In this document: in pieces, positions 27,333-36,139 of the stretch
Position numbering within the stretch: the stretch's first letter is position 1
Layout: the number at the start of each line of letters is the position of its first letter
NCBI GenBank assembly: GCA_050178035.1
Contig: JBFXGK010000010.1
Location: 36,396 to 100,395 of the forward strand
Source: Kiritimatiellia bacterium
GTDB lineage: Bacteria > Verrucomicrobiota > Kiritimatiellia > JAKQHR01
Length of the DNA stretch: 64,000 nucleotides
Direction: 5' to 3'
Notes under the pieces: model-generated
What the model saw: only the letters and a program-made list of their open reading frames with translations
Told to the model about the DNA's origin: nothing
The model's database searches: none
Translations under genes and position numbers: made by a program

Positions 27333-29009
27333 ATGATACGAAAAGACAAAATCATGGTGACCGTGGACAACGGCGCCCCCCGCGAAATCAAACCCGGCAC
27401 CTGCGTCAGGGACCTGCTCAAGAAAAAAGAGGACAAGGCCGGCCTGCCCTATTTGGCCGCACTGGCGAACAACGACATGGTGTCGCTGTCCTTCCCCATC
27501 GAGGTGGACAGCAACATCCGGATGCTGACGCTGGCCGATTCTCACGGCTGGCGCATCTACCGCAACTCGGCGGCATTCCTGCTGGCCAAGGCGACCCACG
27601 ACGTCTTTCCCGATGCGAAGCTATACATCGAGCATTCGCTTGGCGACGGCTATTTCTGCAACTTTGAGATGAACAGCTCCATGGGCATCACCAAGAAGCA
27701 GATCAAGCAGATCGAGGACAAGATGCACCAGCTGGTCGAAGCCGACATCCCGATCGTGCGCCGGAAGATCGAATACAGCGACGCGATCGGTCACTTCGAG
27801 GGCCAGAACCGGCACGACACCGTCAACCTGCTTCGCTACAGCAACCCGCCCAGGGTGCTGGTCAACATCTGCGAGGATTACCTGGATCTCTTCCATGGCC
27901 CGCTGGTTGACCGCACATCCGCACTCCAGCACTTCAAGCTGTTTGCGTATGAGGACGGGTTCGTGATCCAGTTCCCGGACCGCGACAACAAGACCCCGAA
28001 AATGTCCACCTTCGAGCGCCAGCCCTACCTGTTCGACATCTTCAAGTCCTACAAGGCGTGGGGCCGCATCGTGAACGTCCGCACCGTCGGGGACCTGAAC
28101 ACCATTATCGCCAGCGGCAAGCTGCGCGACTTCATCCACATCTCCGAGGCCTATCAGGAGAAGAAGATCGCTGAAATCGCGGACACCATCACCGCCCACG
28201 GCGGAAAGATCAAGTGGATCTGCATCGCGGGGCCTTCCTCCTCCGGCAAGACCACCTTCGCCAAGCGCCTGTGCGTGCAGCTGCGCGTGAACGGCCTGCG
28301 CCCGGTGGCCATCTCCGTGGACGACTACTTCGTGGACCGCACCCGCACCCCGAAGGATGAGAACGGCGAACCGGATTTCGAGAACATCGAGACCGTGGAC
28401 CTCAAGCTGTTCAACGAGCACCTCAGCCTGCTGGACAAGGGCGAAACCGTCGGGCTGCCGACGTTCAACTTCGGCACCGGCGACCGCGAATACCGCGGGA
28501 AGACCATGAAGCTGGAGAGCGACCAGATTTGCGTCGTCGAGGGCATTCACTCGCTGAATCCGCGCCTGACCGAGGCCATCAGCTCTGACCACAAGTACAA
28601 GATCTACATCAGCGCGCTCACGCAGCTCAACCTGGACTGCGGCAACCGCGTGTCCACCACGGACAACCGTCTCATCCGCCGCATGATCCGCGACCATAAC
28701 TATCGCGGGAACTCGGCGCTGATGACGCTGAAAATGTGGCCGAGCGTGCGCCGCGGTGAAAAGAAGTGGATCTTCCCCTTCCAGGCGGAAGCCAATGCGG
28801 CCATCAACTCCGCGCTCGACTACGAGCTGGCGGTGCTGAAGCCCCATGTGGAACCGCTGCTGGCGGAAGTGAAGCCCTACGATCCGCAGTACGCCGACGC
28901 GCGCCGCCTGCTGGAATTCCTGTCGCGCTTCAACGCGGCGCCCAGCTCGATGGTTCCGCCGACTTCGCTCATCCGCGAATTCATCGGCGACAGCGGCTTC
29001 GAATACTAA
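27333..29009 (+). CDS. Nucleoside (uridine) kinase with ThrRS-like N-terminal region
   Basis: AGPSSSGKTTF; ISVDDYF; VEGIHSLN; RRMIRD; AGGAG RBS. Confidence 0.9.
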   Translation: MIRKDKIMVTVDNGAPREIKPGTCVRDLLKKKEDKAGLPYLAALANNDMVSLSFPIEVDSNIRMLTLADSHGWRIYRNSAAFLLAKATHDVFPDAKLYIEHSLGDGYFCNFEMNSSMGITKKQIKQIEDKMHQLVEADIPIVRRKIEYSDAIGHFEGQNRHDTVNLLRYSNPPRVLVNICEDYLDLFHGPLVDRTSALQHFKLFAYEDGFVIQFPDRDNKTPKMSTFERQPYLFDIFKSYKAWGRIVNVRTVGDLNTIIASGKLRDFIHISEAYQEKKIAEIADTITAHGGKIKWICIAGPSSSGKTTFAKRLCVQLRVNGLRPVAISVDDYFVDRTRTPKDENGEPDFENIETVDLKLFNEHLSLLDKGETVGLPTFNFGTGDREYRGKTMKLESDQICVVEGIHSLNPRLTEAISSDHKYKIYISALTQLNLDCGNRVSTTDNRLIRRMIRDHNYRGNSALMTLKMWPSVRRGEKKWIFPFQAEANAAINSALDYELAVLKPHVEPLLAEVKPYDPQYADARRLLEFLSRFNAAPSSMVPPTSLIREFIGDSGFEY

Positions 29010-29023
29010 GAGTGGTTCAAACC

Positions 29024-29057
29024 AAACGGCCGCGGTGGAAACACCGCGGCCGTTTTT
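29024..29057 (+). terminator. Rho-independent terminator
   Basis: AAACGGCCGCGGTG-GAAA-CACCGCGGCCGTTTTT. Confidence 0.9.
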
Positions 29058-29100
29058 CTGTTCCTGGATTTTGGGCTGAATTTACATTCAGCCAGCTCCC

Positions 29101-29221
29101 AATTTTCATCATTTTTTGGGGGGGGAAATTTAAAGAATTTTGCCCGTTTTTTGCGATTTTTGGCCTATTTTGCCAGTTTTTTGCGATTTTTGAGCATTTT
29201 TGAGGCTTTTTGAGCCTTTTC
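29101..29221. repeat. Phased T-tract array D (about 12 tracts)
   Basis: T-tracts end near 29141, 29152, 29161, 29171, 29182, 29191, 29201, 29211 and 29220. Confidence 0.9.
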
Positions 29222-29948
29222 AGCCCTTGAGGCGGGCGATGTAGACGCTGTTTTCTGATGTGGATTGGAGAAGCGGATTCTCGAATGTGACCTGACGGCC
29301 TTCGGCCCAGCCAAAGACGGACTGCAGGCGGCTCGCGAATCCGGAATCCACAGGGTCATTCGACCACAGCGCGAATATGCCGGCGGGTTTGAGAAACTGC
29401 TTCAATTTGTGCAATCCGGCCTCTGTATAGAAGTCGGCATGGCTTGGGTTAAGAAGAAAATCGGGCGCATGATCAATGTCCAGCAGAACGGCATCGAACT
29501 GCGCATCGGCTTTTTCGGGAGAAAAACCCCTGCCCCGCGCCAGCGCAAAGAAGTCGGCATGAAGGAAAATGCAGCGCGAATCATTACTGAGCAGATTTCC
29601 GTTGGGAACCAGACCGCGGCGGTGCCAGTCAATGACGGGCTCCAGCGCCTCCACAACAATCATTCGGGCCACCTGCGGAAACCTGAGAGCGGCGGCCGCC
29701 GTGTAGCCCAGGCCCAGTCCCCCGATCACAATATCCCAGTCGCGGCCCGGCAGTTTCGCCAGGGCAAGATCAGACATCACTTCTTCCGCTTCGTGAAACA
29801 GGCTGGACATGAGATATTCATTGTTCAGCTTGATTTCATAGGCATCGGCGCTATTGAGCGCGAGGACGGTCCGGCGCTGGAGGATCAGTTCCCCCATGGG
29901 GGTTTGCTGATAGTCAAGCTCTTCAAATTCTGGTTTTGATTGATTCAT
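29220..29948 (-). CDS. Spermidine-synthase-like SAM-binding protein
   Basis: LMSS; IVIGGLGLGYTA; LLDIDHAP. Confidence 0.85.
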   Translation of the reverse strand: MNQSKPEFEELDYQQTPMGELILQRRTVLALNSADAYEIKLNNEYLMSSLFHEAEEVMSDLALAKLPGRDWDIVIGGLGLGYTAAAALRFPQVARMIVVEALEPVIDWHRRGLVPNGNLLSNDSRCIFLHADFFALARGRGFSPEKADAQFDAVLLDIDHAPDFLLNPSHADFYTEAGLHKLKQFLKPAGIFALWSNDPVDSGFASRLQSVFGWAEGRQVTFENPLLQSTSENSVYIARLKG

Positions 29949-30006
29949 CAGAAGACGGGGCCGGCACATGGTTGCAACGATGCGCCGGTGTGATCTTTCT
30001 TTCTGG

Positions 30007-30699
30007 TCACTGTATTTTATCCGTGAAGCGGGGAGCAATCAGAACCGGCGGATGCATGTAGACCGGAACCGGTTTTTCAGATGGAATATTTTGTTCTTTC
30101 CGCAGTCGCACCAGTGCCGCCAGATCGCGCGCGCGCGGATAGCGCGGACCCTTCAGCCAGTTCAATCCGTGCATGCCGTGCGTCGCAAAATCAGGCTCCA
30201 GACGGCTGTAATCCGGACTTACGACCAGAATTCCTGAGGGAATTTTTCCGGGCAGCTCCGGAGCCTTCACCAAAGACCATTCGGCGGGCGAATCCGTTTC
30301 TCCGCGGGCGAAGTCAAAAATACCGAGCCAGACCAGCCCGCGGCGCGCATCTCCAACCACCGCCACCCGCGGAACATTCATTTCCCGCGCGGCGCCGCGC
30401 GCAAGGACGGCGCCGCTGCTCACGCAATAGACTTCTTTTTCCCCGGGAAGAGCAAGGGTCTGCGCGCAGGTCAGCGCGGTGCGGAGTCCGGAATAAACGC
30501 CCGGGCCGCGGCCGGCCGCAAAACAGTCAATGTCGCTCCATTCCCATCCCGCCTGCCCCAGCAGTGCCGGCAGGCGGCTGAACACGCCCTCATGACGGCC
30601 GCGCTCCTGATCCCAAACCTCCTGCAGACTGAAGTCGCCGGGGCCCGAAAGAGCCACGCTCCCCTGAAGGGCCGAGAGTTCAACGGCAAGAATTTTCAT
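30007..30699 (-). CDS. tsaB: tRNA t6A biosynthesis protein TsaB
   Basis: MKILAVE; GRGPGVYSGLR; DARRG; adjacent to tsaE. Confidence 0.88.
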   Translation of the reverse strand: MKILAVELSALQGSVALSGPGDFSLQEVWDQERGRHEGVFSRLPALLGQAGWEWSDIDCFAAGRGPGVYSGLRTALTCAQTLALPGEKEVYCVSSGAVLARGAAREMNVPRVAVVGDARRGLVWLGIFDFARGETDSPAEWSLVKAPELPGKIPSGILVVSPDYSRLEPDFATHGMHGLNWLKGPRYPRARDLAALVRLRKEQNIPSEKPVPVYMHPPVLIAPRFTDKIQ

Positions 30700-31133
30700 G
30701 GAGGTCCTTCTTTTCCTGTGCGCAGAAAGATTTCCCTTTCATCCAGTCCGTTGCCCATGCGAAGCCAGATGTGGAGCGTATCGGGCGGCAGCAGATCAGC
30801 CACCACTTCCGGCCATTCGATGGCCGTCACGCCGTCGCCGTAGAGATAGTCGTCCAGTCCAAGATGAAGCGCCTCCCCGGAATCGGACACGCGGTAAAGG
30901 TCCATGTGATGCAGCGGCAGCCGGCCGCGGTATTCGTTGACGATGGTGTAGGTCGGGCTGCTCACGGCGGCTTCGACGCCCAGCGCGGCGGCCAGCCCCT
31001 GGATGAAGCATGTCTTGCCGGAGCCAAGCTCCCCGTGAAACGCGAGAATCGAGCCCGGACGCAGTTCACCTGCCAGTTGGGCGGCAACGGCGCAGGTCTC
31101 TTCGGGACTCTTTGTCTTAAATCGCTTTTTCAT
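30696..31133 (-). CDS. tsaE: tRNA t6A biosynthesis ATPase TsaE
   Basis: GELGSGKT; VSSPTYTIVNEY; HMDLYR; IEWP. Confidence 0.95.
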   Translation of the reverse strand: MKKRFKTKSPEETCAVAAQLAGELRPGSILAFHGELGSGKTCFIQGLAAALGVEAAVSSPTYTIVNEYRGRLPLHHMDLYRVSDSGEALHLGLDDYLYGDGVTAIEWPEVVADLLPPDTLHIWLRMGNGLDEREIFLRTGKEGPP

Positions 31134-31299
31134 CTCACGCTTAAACCGGCACACTGATAACGCATCCGCCGTAAAACCGCAAGCGGTCACTTTTCTGGAA
31201 TTACCCTTTGTCACGGCCGCGCGTTTCAGTTAGGATGCGGACTTGTTGTTTTCGGTTCTAAATGATGACTGAAATCCCTGACTACATAGGAGTCGAACA

Positions 31300-33093
31300 G
31301 TGACCATAGCAGCACAAGCAAAACTGGAATGGAATGAGCAGCACAAGCATCCGCTGGGATTCAAGACCCGCCGCGGACTCAACTGGTTCACCGTCGGCCT
31401 GCTGTACGCGATGTTTTACATGTGCCGCTACAACTTCCGCTTCGCCGGCGCGGGCATGCGCGCGGAGTTCGGATGGTCCACCGGCGACATCGCCAATCTC
31501 GCCGCATGGTTCTCCATCGCCTACGGCACCGGACAGCTCCTCAACGGCCTCTTCTGCGACCGCATCGGCGGTCGCGCCTCGATGCTGATCGGCGCCATCG
31601 GATCCATCTCCGTAAACGTTCTCATCGGGTTTTCGCCGTGGACGTCCTCCTTCATGGCCTTTGCCGCCATGTGGATGGTGAACGGCTACATCCAGGCCGC
31701 CGGCACGCCCGGCATGGTCAAGATCAACGCCGCGTGGTTCAACAGGGAGGAGCGGGGACTTTTCTCCGGCATCTTCGGCTTCATGATCCAGTCCGGCCAG
31801 GCCATGATTTCCATGCTGGCCCCGTGGATTCTGGCGGGCTTCAGCTTCCTCGCTTTCGTGGTCGGCCCCGGCGAGTGGCGCATGCTCTTCTGCCTCCCGC
31901 CGATTTTCCTCGGCATCGTCGCCATCTGGTTCTACTTCATCTCCGCGCAGTCCCCCGAGGACGCGGGCTTCCACGAGACCATTCAGGACGACGTGGACAA
32001 TTCCGCTGGAACCACGGTTCCCGTGCTCGAATCGTTCAAGTTTGTGTTTTCCAACCCGCTCGTGTGGTTTTACGCCGTGGCCTACGGCTGCACCGGCGCC
32101 GTCCGGCATGCCGCCGACCAGCTATCCCCGCTCTACTTCGAGGACGTGCTGGGGTTCAACATGAAGACCAACCTGCCGCTCATTGCCAGCTTCACGCTGG
32201 TGCTCGTGCCCATTGTGGCCGTCTGCGGCTCCGTGGTTTCCGGATGGGTCTCTGACCGCTTCTTCCGCGGCAACCGCTATCCCGTGGCCATGGTTCTCTA
32301 TTACGGCGAGGCCTGCGTCATCGCGGTCGCCACCACCGTCATGGCCCTCAAGCTCATCGGGCCCACCACCTCCGGCATCCTGCTCGGCTGCCTGTTCCTC
32401 GTTCTGATCGCCATCACGGCCAACAGCACCCATTCCATCGTCGGCGCCGCCGCCCCCGTGGACATCGGCGGCAAAAAAATGGCCGGATTCGCCTCCGGCG
32501 TGATTGACTCCTTCCAGTACTACGGCGCCGCCCTCGGCCTCTTTGTGACCGGCCTGCTGCTCGACGTCTCCCTGCCGGGCAACTACACCGTCTGGTTCGG
32601 CATCATGACCTGCTTCGCCTTCTTCGGCGGATGCGCAATGCTCTCGCTGCTCCTGCGGCAGAAAGGCAAGGCCCTCGCCAGCCGCGCCGTGATTGGCTTC
32701 ATGGCGCTTCTGGTCATCGGCGGCTTCACCGTCGGCATCGGGAAATACCGCACCATGAAGCCCGTCGCCATCGAGCACTATGCCGCCGCCGCGCAGGACG
32801 CCTTCCAGGCCGGCGACACCAAGACGGCGACCAAGGAAGCCCAGCGCGTCCTTCGCCTGGCGCCCGGGCACGCCGGATCCATGCAGATTGTGGATACCGT
32901 CCATGATCAGTTTGTCGTCGCCGCTCAAACCGCCCTTGCGGCCGGCGATGCCAAATCAGCCATCGAAAACGCGCAGAACGCCATCAACCTGAAGGGCCGG
33001 GAAAGCGCCGGTCTTTCCATTCTTGCCGAATCCAAGGCCCTGGGCAAAGCCCAGGACAAGGCCGCTGACGCTGAAAAAGAAGATAAAGAATAG
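31300..33093 (+). CDS. MFS transporter (GlpT/OPA-like) with C-terminal TPR-like extension
   Basis: YMCRYNF; DRIGGR; WFNREERG; GWVSDRFF; AGGAG RBS. Confidence 0.85.
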   Translation: MTIAAQAKLEWNEQHKHPLGFKTRRGLNWFTVGLLYAMFYMCRYNFRFAGAGMRAEFGWSTGDIANLAAWFSIAYGTGQLLNGLFCDRIGGRASMLIGAIGSISVNVLIGFSPWTSSFMAFAAMWMVNGYIQAAGTPGMVKINAAWFNREERGLFSGIFGFMIQSGQAMISMLAPWILAGFSFLAFVVGPGEWRMLFCLPPIFLGIVAIWFYFISAQSPEDAGFHETIQDDVDNSAGTTVPVLESFKFVFSNPLVWFYAVAYGCTGAVRHAADQLSPLYFEDVLGFNMKTNLPLIASFTLVLVPIVAVCGSVVSGWVSDRFFRGNRYPVAMVLYYGEACVIAVATTVMALKLIGPTTSGILLGCLFLVLIAITANSTHSIVGAAAPVDIGGKKMAGFASGVIDSFQYYGAALGLFVTGLLLDVSLPGNYTVWFGIMTCFAFFGGCAMLSLLLRQKGKALASRAVIGFMALLVIGGFTVGIGKYRTMKPVAIEHYAAAAQDAFQAGDTKTATKEAQRVLRLAPGHAGSMQIVDTVHDQFVVAAQTALAAGDAKSAIENAQNAINLKGRESAGLSILAESKALGKAQDKAADAEKEDKE

Positions 33094-33102
33094 GAGTCAC
33101 CC

Positions 33103-33555
33103 ATGAGGGACATTCAAGCTCATCAGCCCATTCCCCGCCAGCTCTGGATCAGGGATCGCTGCATCGCCGTGGAAACGCAGTTCCGCAAGCGCACCGGGCG
33201 CGCCGCTTTTGCCGCACGCTTTTTCCCGCTGTTCGCCATCCTCGCGCTGGCCTACTGGAACAGCATCCAAACGCCTGCGCCCGTCACCCTGTGGCTTGCC
33301 GTTCCCGTCACGGTTGCGGCCGCCTACATCACTCTGGTGGTCCTCTCCCATCGCCTCCACGACATCGGGCAGAGCGGGGCCAACCTGCTTCAAATCGTTC
33401 TACCGGCCTTCGTCTGGCTGTGGGTGGGCGGAGACCTCATGGCCAAAATCCCGCCGCGCCTCTGGATCGGCACGGCGGCCGTACTCGCCCTCTGGCCGGC
33501 CATCGTCATCCTCCGCCTCTGCTTCCAGCCCGGGACCCAAACGTCCAACGGCTGA
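33103..33555 (+). CDS. DUF805-like membrane protein
   Basis: HRLHDIGQSG resembles the DUF805 RRLHD..SG motif; TM helices; AGGAG RBS. Confidence 0.65.
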   Translation: MRDIQAHQPIPRQLWIRDRCIAVETQFRKRTGRAAFAARFFPLFAILALAYWNSIQTPAPVTLWLAVPVTVAAAYITLVVLSHRLHDIGQSGANLLQIVLPAFVWLWVGGDLMAKIPPRLWIGTAAVLALWPAIVILRLCFQPGTQTSNG

Positions 33556-33574
33556 ACAGCGGCCGCGACAAAAT

Positions 33575-33659
33575 AGTTCCAGCCATTGGAAGTTTTCCCG
33601 AAAAAAGTTCCAATGATTGGAACTTTTTAATAGGATTCTTCCAACCATTGGAACTTTTT
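33575..33659. repeat. Three TTCCA-N3-ATTGGAA quasi-palindromes in the pheS leader
   Basis: TTCCAGCCATTGGAA, AAAAAGTTCCAATGATTGGAACTTTTT and TTCCAACCATTGGAA. Confidence 0.85.
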
Positions 33660-34673
33660 ATGAACGCTGAAGACATTGTCAGGATTAAAGGCGAGGCTTT
33701 GAGCGAGGCGGCCGCCGTCGCGGACTCCGCCGCGCTGGAGGCTTTCCGCATCAAATACATGAGCCGCAAGGGCATTCTGCAGGATCTGATGCAGAACCTC
33801 AAAACGGCCGAGCCGGCCGACCGGCCGGTGATCGGCAAGGTCATCAACGAGATGAAGAACGAACTCACCGCGCTTCTGGATGAGCGCAAGAAGGCGTTCG
33901 AAGAATCCGCGCAGGCGAAGAAGGCGCCGTTCGACATCACGCTCCCCGGCCAGTGGCCGCGGCCCGGTTCACGGCACCCGATCAGCCAGATCATCGAGCG
34001 CGTGGTGGATATTTTCCATTCGCTGGGCTTCACGGTCGCCGAGGGGCCGGACATCGAAACGGTCTATCACAACTTCGACGCCCTCAACACGCCGCCGCAC
34101 CATCCGTCGCGCGATCCGCAGGATACGTTCTACCTCGACAACGGCGATCTGCTCCGCTGCCACACCTCGCCCGTTCAAGTGCGATACATGGAGACCCACG
34201 AACCGCCCGTGCGGATCGTGGTGCCGGGCCGCTGCTACCGGCGCGACACGCCGGACGCGACGCACTCGGCCAACTTCCACCAGATCGAGGGACTGTATGT
34301 GGACCGCGAAGTTTCGCTGGCTGACCTGAAGGGCGACCTTTCGTATTTCGCGCGTGAACTGATGGGGCCGAACGTGAAGGTCCGTTTCCGTCCGCATTTC
34401 TTCCCGTTCACCGAACCCAGCGTCGAAGTGGACTTCACCTGCCACGTCTGCGGCGGCAAGGGCTGCCGCGTCTGCAAGCAGAGCGGATGGATTGAAATTG
34501 CCGGCGCGGGCATGGTGGACCCCAACGTTTTCAAGGCCGTGGGTTACGACAAGCACAATGTCGTTGGTTACGCATTCGGCATGGGCATCGAGCGTATCGC
34601 CATGATCCTTTACGGCATCCACGATATCCGCCACCTGTACGAAAACGACGTCCGCTTCCTGCAGCAGTTCTGA
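33660..34673 (+). CDS. pheS: Phenylalanyl-tRNA synthetase alpha subunit
   Basis: HPSRDPQDTFY; LRCHTSPVQ; FHQIEG; FPFTEPS; AFGMGIER. Confidence 0.98.
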   Translation: MNAEDIVRIKGEALSEAAAVADSAALEAFRIKYMSRKGILQDLMQNLKTAEPADRPVIGKVINEMKNELTALLDERKKAFEESAQAKKAPFDITLPGQWPRPGSRHPISQIIERVVDIFHSLGFTVAEGPDIETVYHNFDALNTPPHHPSRDPQDTFYLDNGDLLRCHTSPVQVRYMETHEPPVRIVVPGRCYRRDTPDATHSANFHQIEGLYVDREVSLADLKGDLSYFARELMGPNVKVRFRPHFFPFTEPSVEVDFTCHVCGGKGCRVCKQSGWIEIAGAGMVDPNVFKAVGYDKHNVVGYAFGMGIERIAMILYGIHDIRHLYENDVRFLQQF

Positions 34674-34696
34674 ATATTTCCCGGGCAACAACTGTA

Positions 34697-34728
34697 AAAA
34701 CGCCCCGGAGGAAACTCCGGGGCGTTTT
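34697..34728. terminator. Bidirectional intrinsic terminator
   Basis: AAAACGCCCCGGAG-GAAA-CTCCGGGGCGTTTT between convergent genes. Confidence 0.88.
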
Positions 34729-34751
34729 AAATGCGCTCTATATCCGGCTGA

Positions 34752-35435
34752 TTATTTCGGGCACTTTTTCAGGCACATGAACCAGTCCAGACACTTTACA
34801 TCCGGATCCGGCTTCGTGGTGCGGTCCTTGGCGGTGCCGCAGGAGCCCGGAGGCGGAACGATGACGTCGTCGCCCGGCTGCCAGTTGGCCGGCGTCGCAA
34901 TGCCGTGCTTGTCCGCGGTCTGCAGCGCGATCAGCACGCGCATGACTTCGTCCATGTTGCGTCCGTTTGATGACGGATAATACATGATCAGCCGCACGAT
35001 GCCCTTGGGGTCAACGATGAACACCGCGCGCACGGCCTGCGTCGAACTCGCGCCCGGCTGAAGCATGCCAAACGCCCGCGCCACGTCCATCTTCAGGTCT
35101 TCAATGACGGGAAAGTTGACCTCGAGATTCTTCATACCCTTGTACTCGATCTTCTCCTTGATGGTGCGCAGCCACGCGATGTGAGCATAGATGCTGTCAA
35201 TCGAGAGCCCCAGCAGTTCGCAGTTGCGCTTCTTGAAGTCATCGGCCATCGAGGCGAAGGTCATGAACTCCGTTGTGCAAACCGGCGTGAAGTCCGCCGG
35301 GTGTGAAAAGAACACAACCCACTTCCCCTCGTAGCACTTCGGGAAGTCAATATCGCCTTGCGTGGTCTTTGCGACAAAAGACGGCGCCTTGTCGCCAATC
35401 AGCGGCATGCGGATTTCTGCATTCTGTTCTGTCAT
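34752..35435 (-). CDS. Peroxiredoxin (Prx6/archaeal-type)
   Basis: FSHPADFTPVCTTEF; ATPANW; C-terminal CLDWFMC. Confidence 0.93.
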   Translation of the reverse strand: MTEQNAEIRMPLIGDKAPSFVAKTTQGDIDFPKCYEGKWVVFFSHPADFTPVCTTEFMTFASMADDFKKRNCELLGLSIDSIYAHIAWLRTIKEKIEYKGMKNLEVNFPVIEDLKMDVARAFGMLQPGASSTQAVRAVFIVDPKGIVRLIMYYPSSNGRNMDEVMRVLIALQTADKHGIATPANWQPGDDVIVPPPGSCGTAKDRTTKPDPDVKCLDWFMCLKKCPK

Positions 35436-35518
35436 TCTGATTTCTCCTTATGGTTGGCGGGCTGTCCGGCCGTGCTCCCCCGCGCGGGCGGCCCGCTCTT
35501 TTAATAATGTATGGGTAC

Positions 35519-35541
35519 TATATAGGAATCATTCCTATATA
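35519..35541. promoter_or_regulatory. Fur/PerR-type operator upstream of the peroxiredoxin gene
   Basis: Perfect 11-1-11 palindrome TATATAGGAAT-C-ATTCCTATATA. Confidence 0.75.
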
Positions 35542-35574
35542 CAAGCAGAAAAGAATATATTTTTCGGAAGATGG

Positions 35575-36027
35575 TCAGGCCCGCGCGCAGCGGCGACACA
35601 GCCCGCGCAGCTCGATCTGCACAGAGGTAATCCGCCCGCAGGGCACGTTTTTCATCCGCGGACGGACCGCATCCAGCTCGTCGCTGTTGAAGTCGCGGAT
35701 CAGGCCGCATTCCGTGCAGATGAAGTGGTGATGCTGTCCTGTGTTGCCGTCAAACCGCGCACGGTCGCCGGGATAACTGACGCGACTGATGATGCCCTTT
35801 TCCTCAAACAGGCGCAGAGTGCGGTACACGGTGTCGAGCGATATCTGGGGGATTCGCTTTTTCACGCTGCGGTGGATGATTTCCACGTCAGGATGGTCCA
35901 GGGCAGACGCCACCTCGCGATACACCTCCGTGCGCTGGTGCGTGACCCGGATCCCCGTGCGCAGGCAGAGTTCGGGAAAAGAGGCCATCCGCTCCGCCAT
36001 GATCTTTTTGTCCGCCGCTCTTTTCAT
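35575..36027 (-). CDS. Fur-family transcriptional repressor (PerR-like)
   Basis: RVTHQR; DHP; SLDTVYRTL; HHHFICTECG; GLCRRC. Confidence 0.92.
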   Translation of the reverse strand: MKRAADKKIMAERMASFPELCLRTGIRVTHQRTEVYREVASALDHPDVEIIHRSVKKRIPQISLDTVYRTLRLFEEKGIISRVSYPGDRARFDGNTGQHHHFICTECGLIRDFNSDELDAVRPRMKNVPCGRITSVQIELRGLCRRCARA

Positions 36028-36040
36028 CGCATTCACCAGA

Positions 36041-36055
36041 TAAGAATTATTCTTA
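36041..36055. promoter_or_regulatory. Fur/PerR-type operator (putative autoregulation)
   Basis: Perfect 7-1-7 palindrome TAAGAAT-T-ATTCTTA, 13 bp before the regulator start. Confidence 0.7.
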
Positions 36056-36139
36056 CGGCGACAATTTAACACCGGTCAGCCCATCTGTAAAGCCGGGCAC
36101 AAAAAGTTCCAATAACTGAAACTTTTTCCGTCGCCGGGG

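Noticed and set aside
33575-33659. Possible CRISPR array (also considered for 60975-61060 and the T-tract arrays)
   Set aside because: Repeats are 15 bp or degenerate, spacers are about 16 bp or absent, and no cas genes are present.
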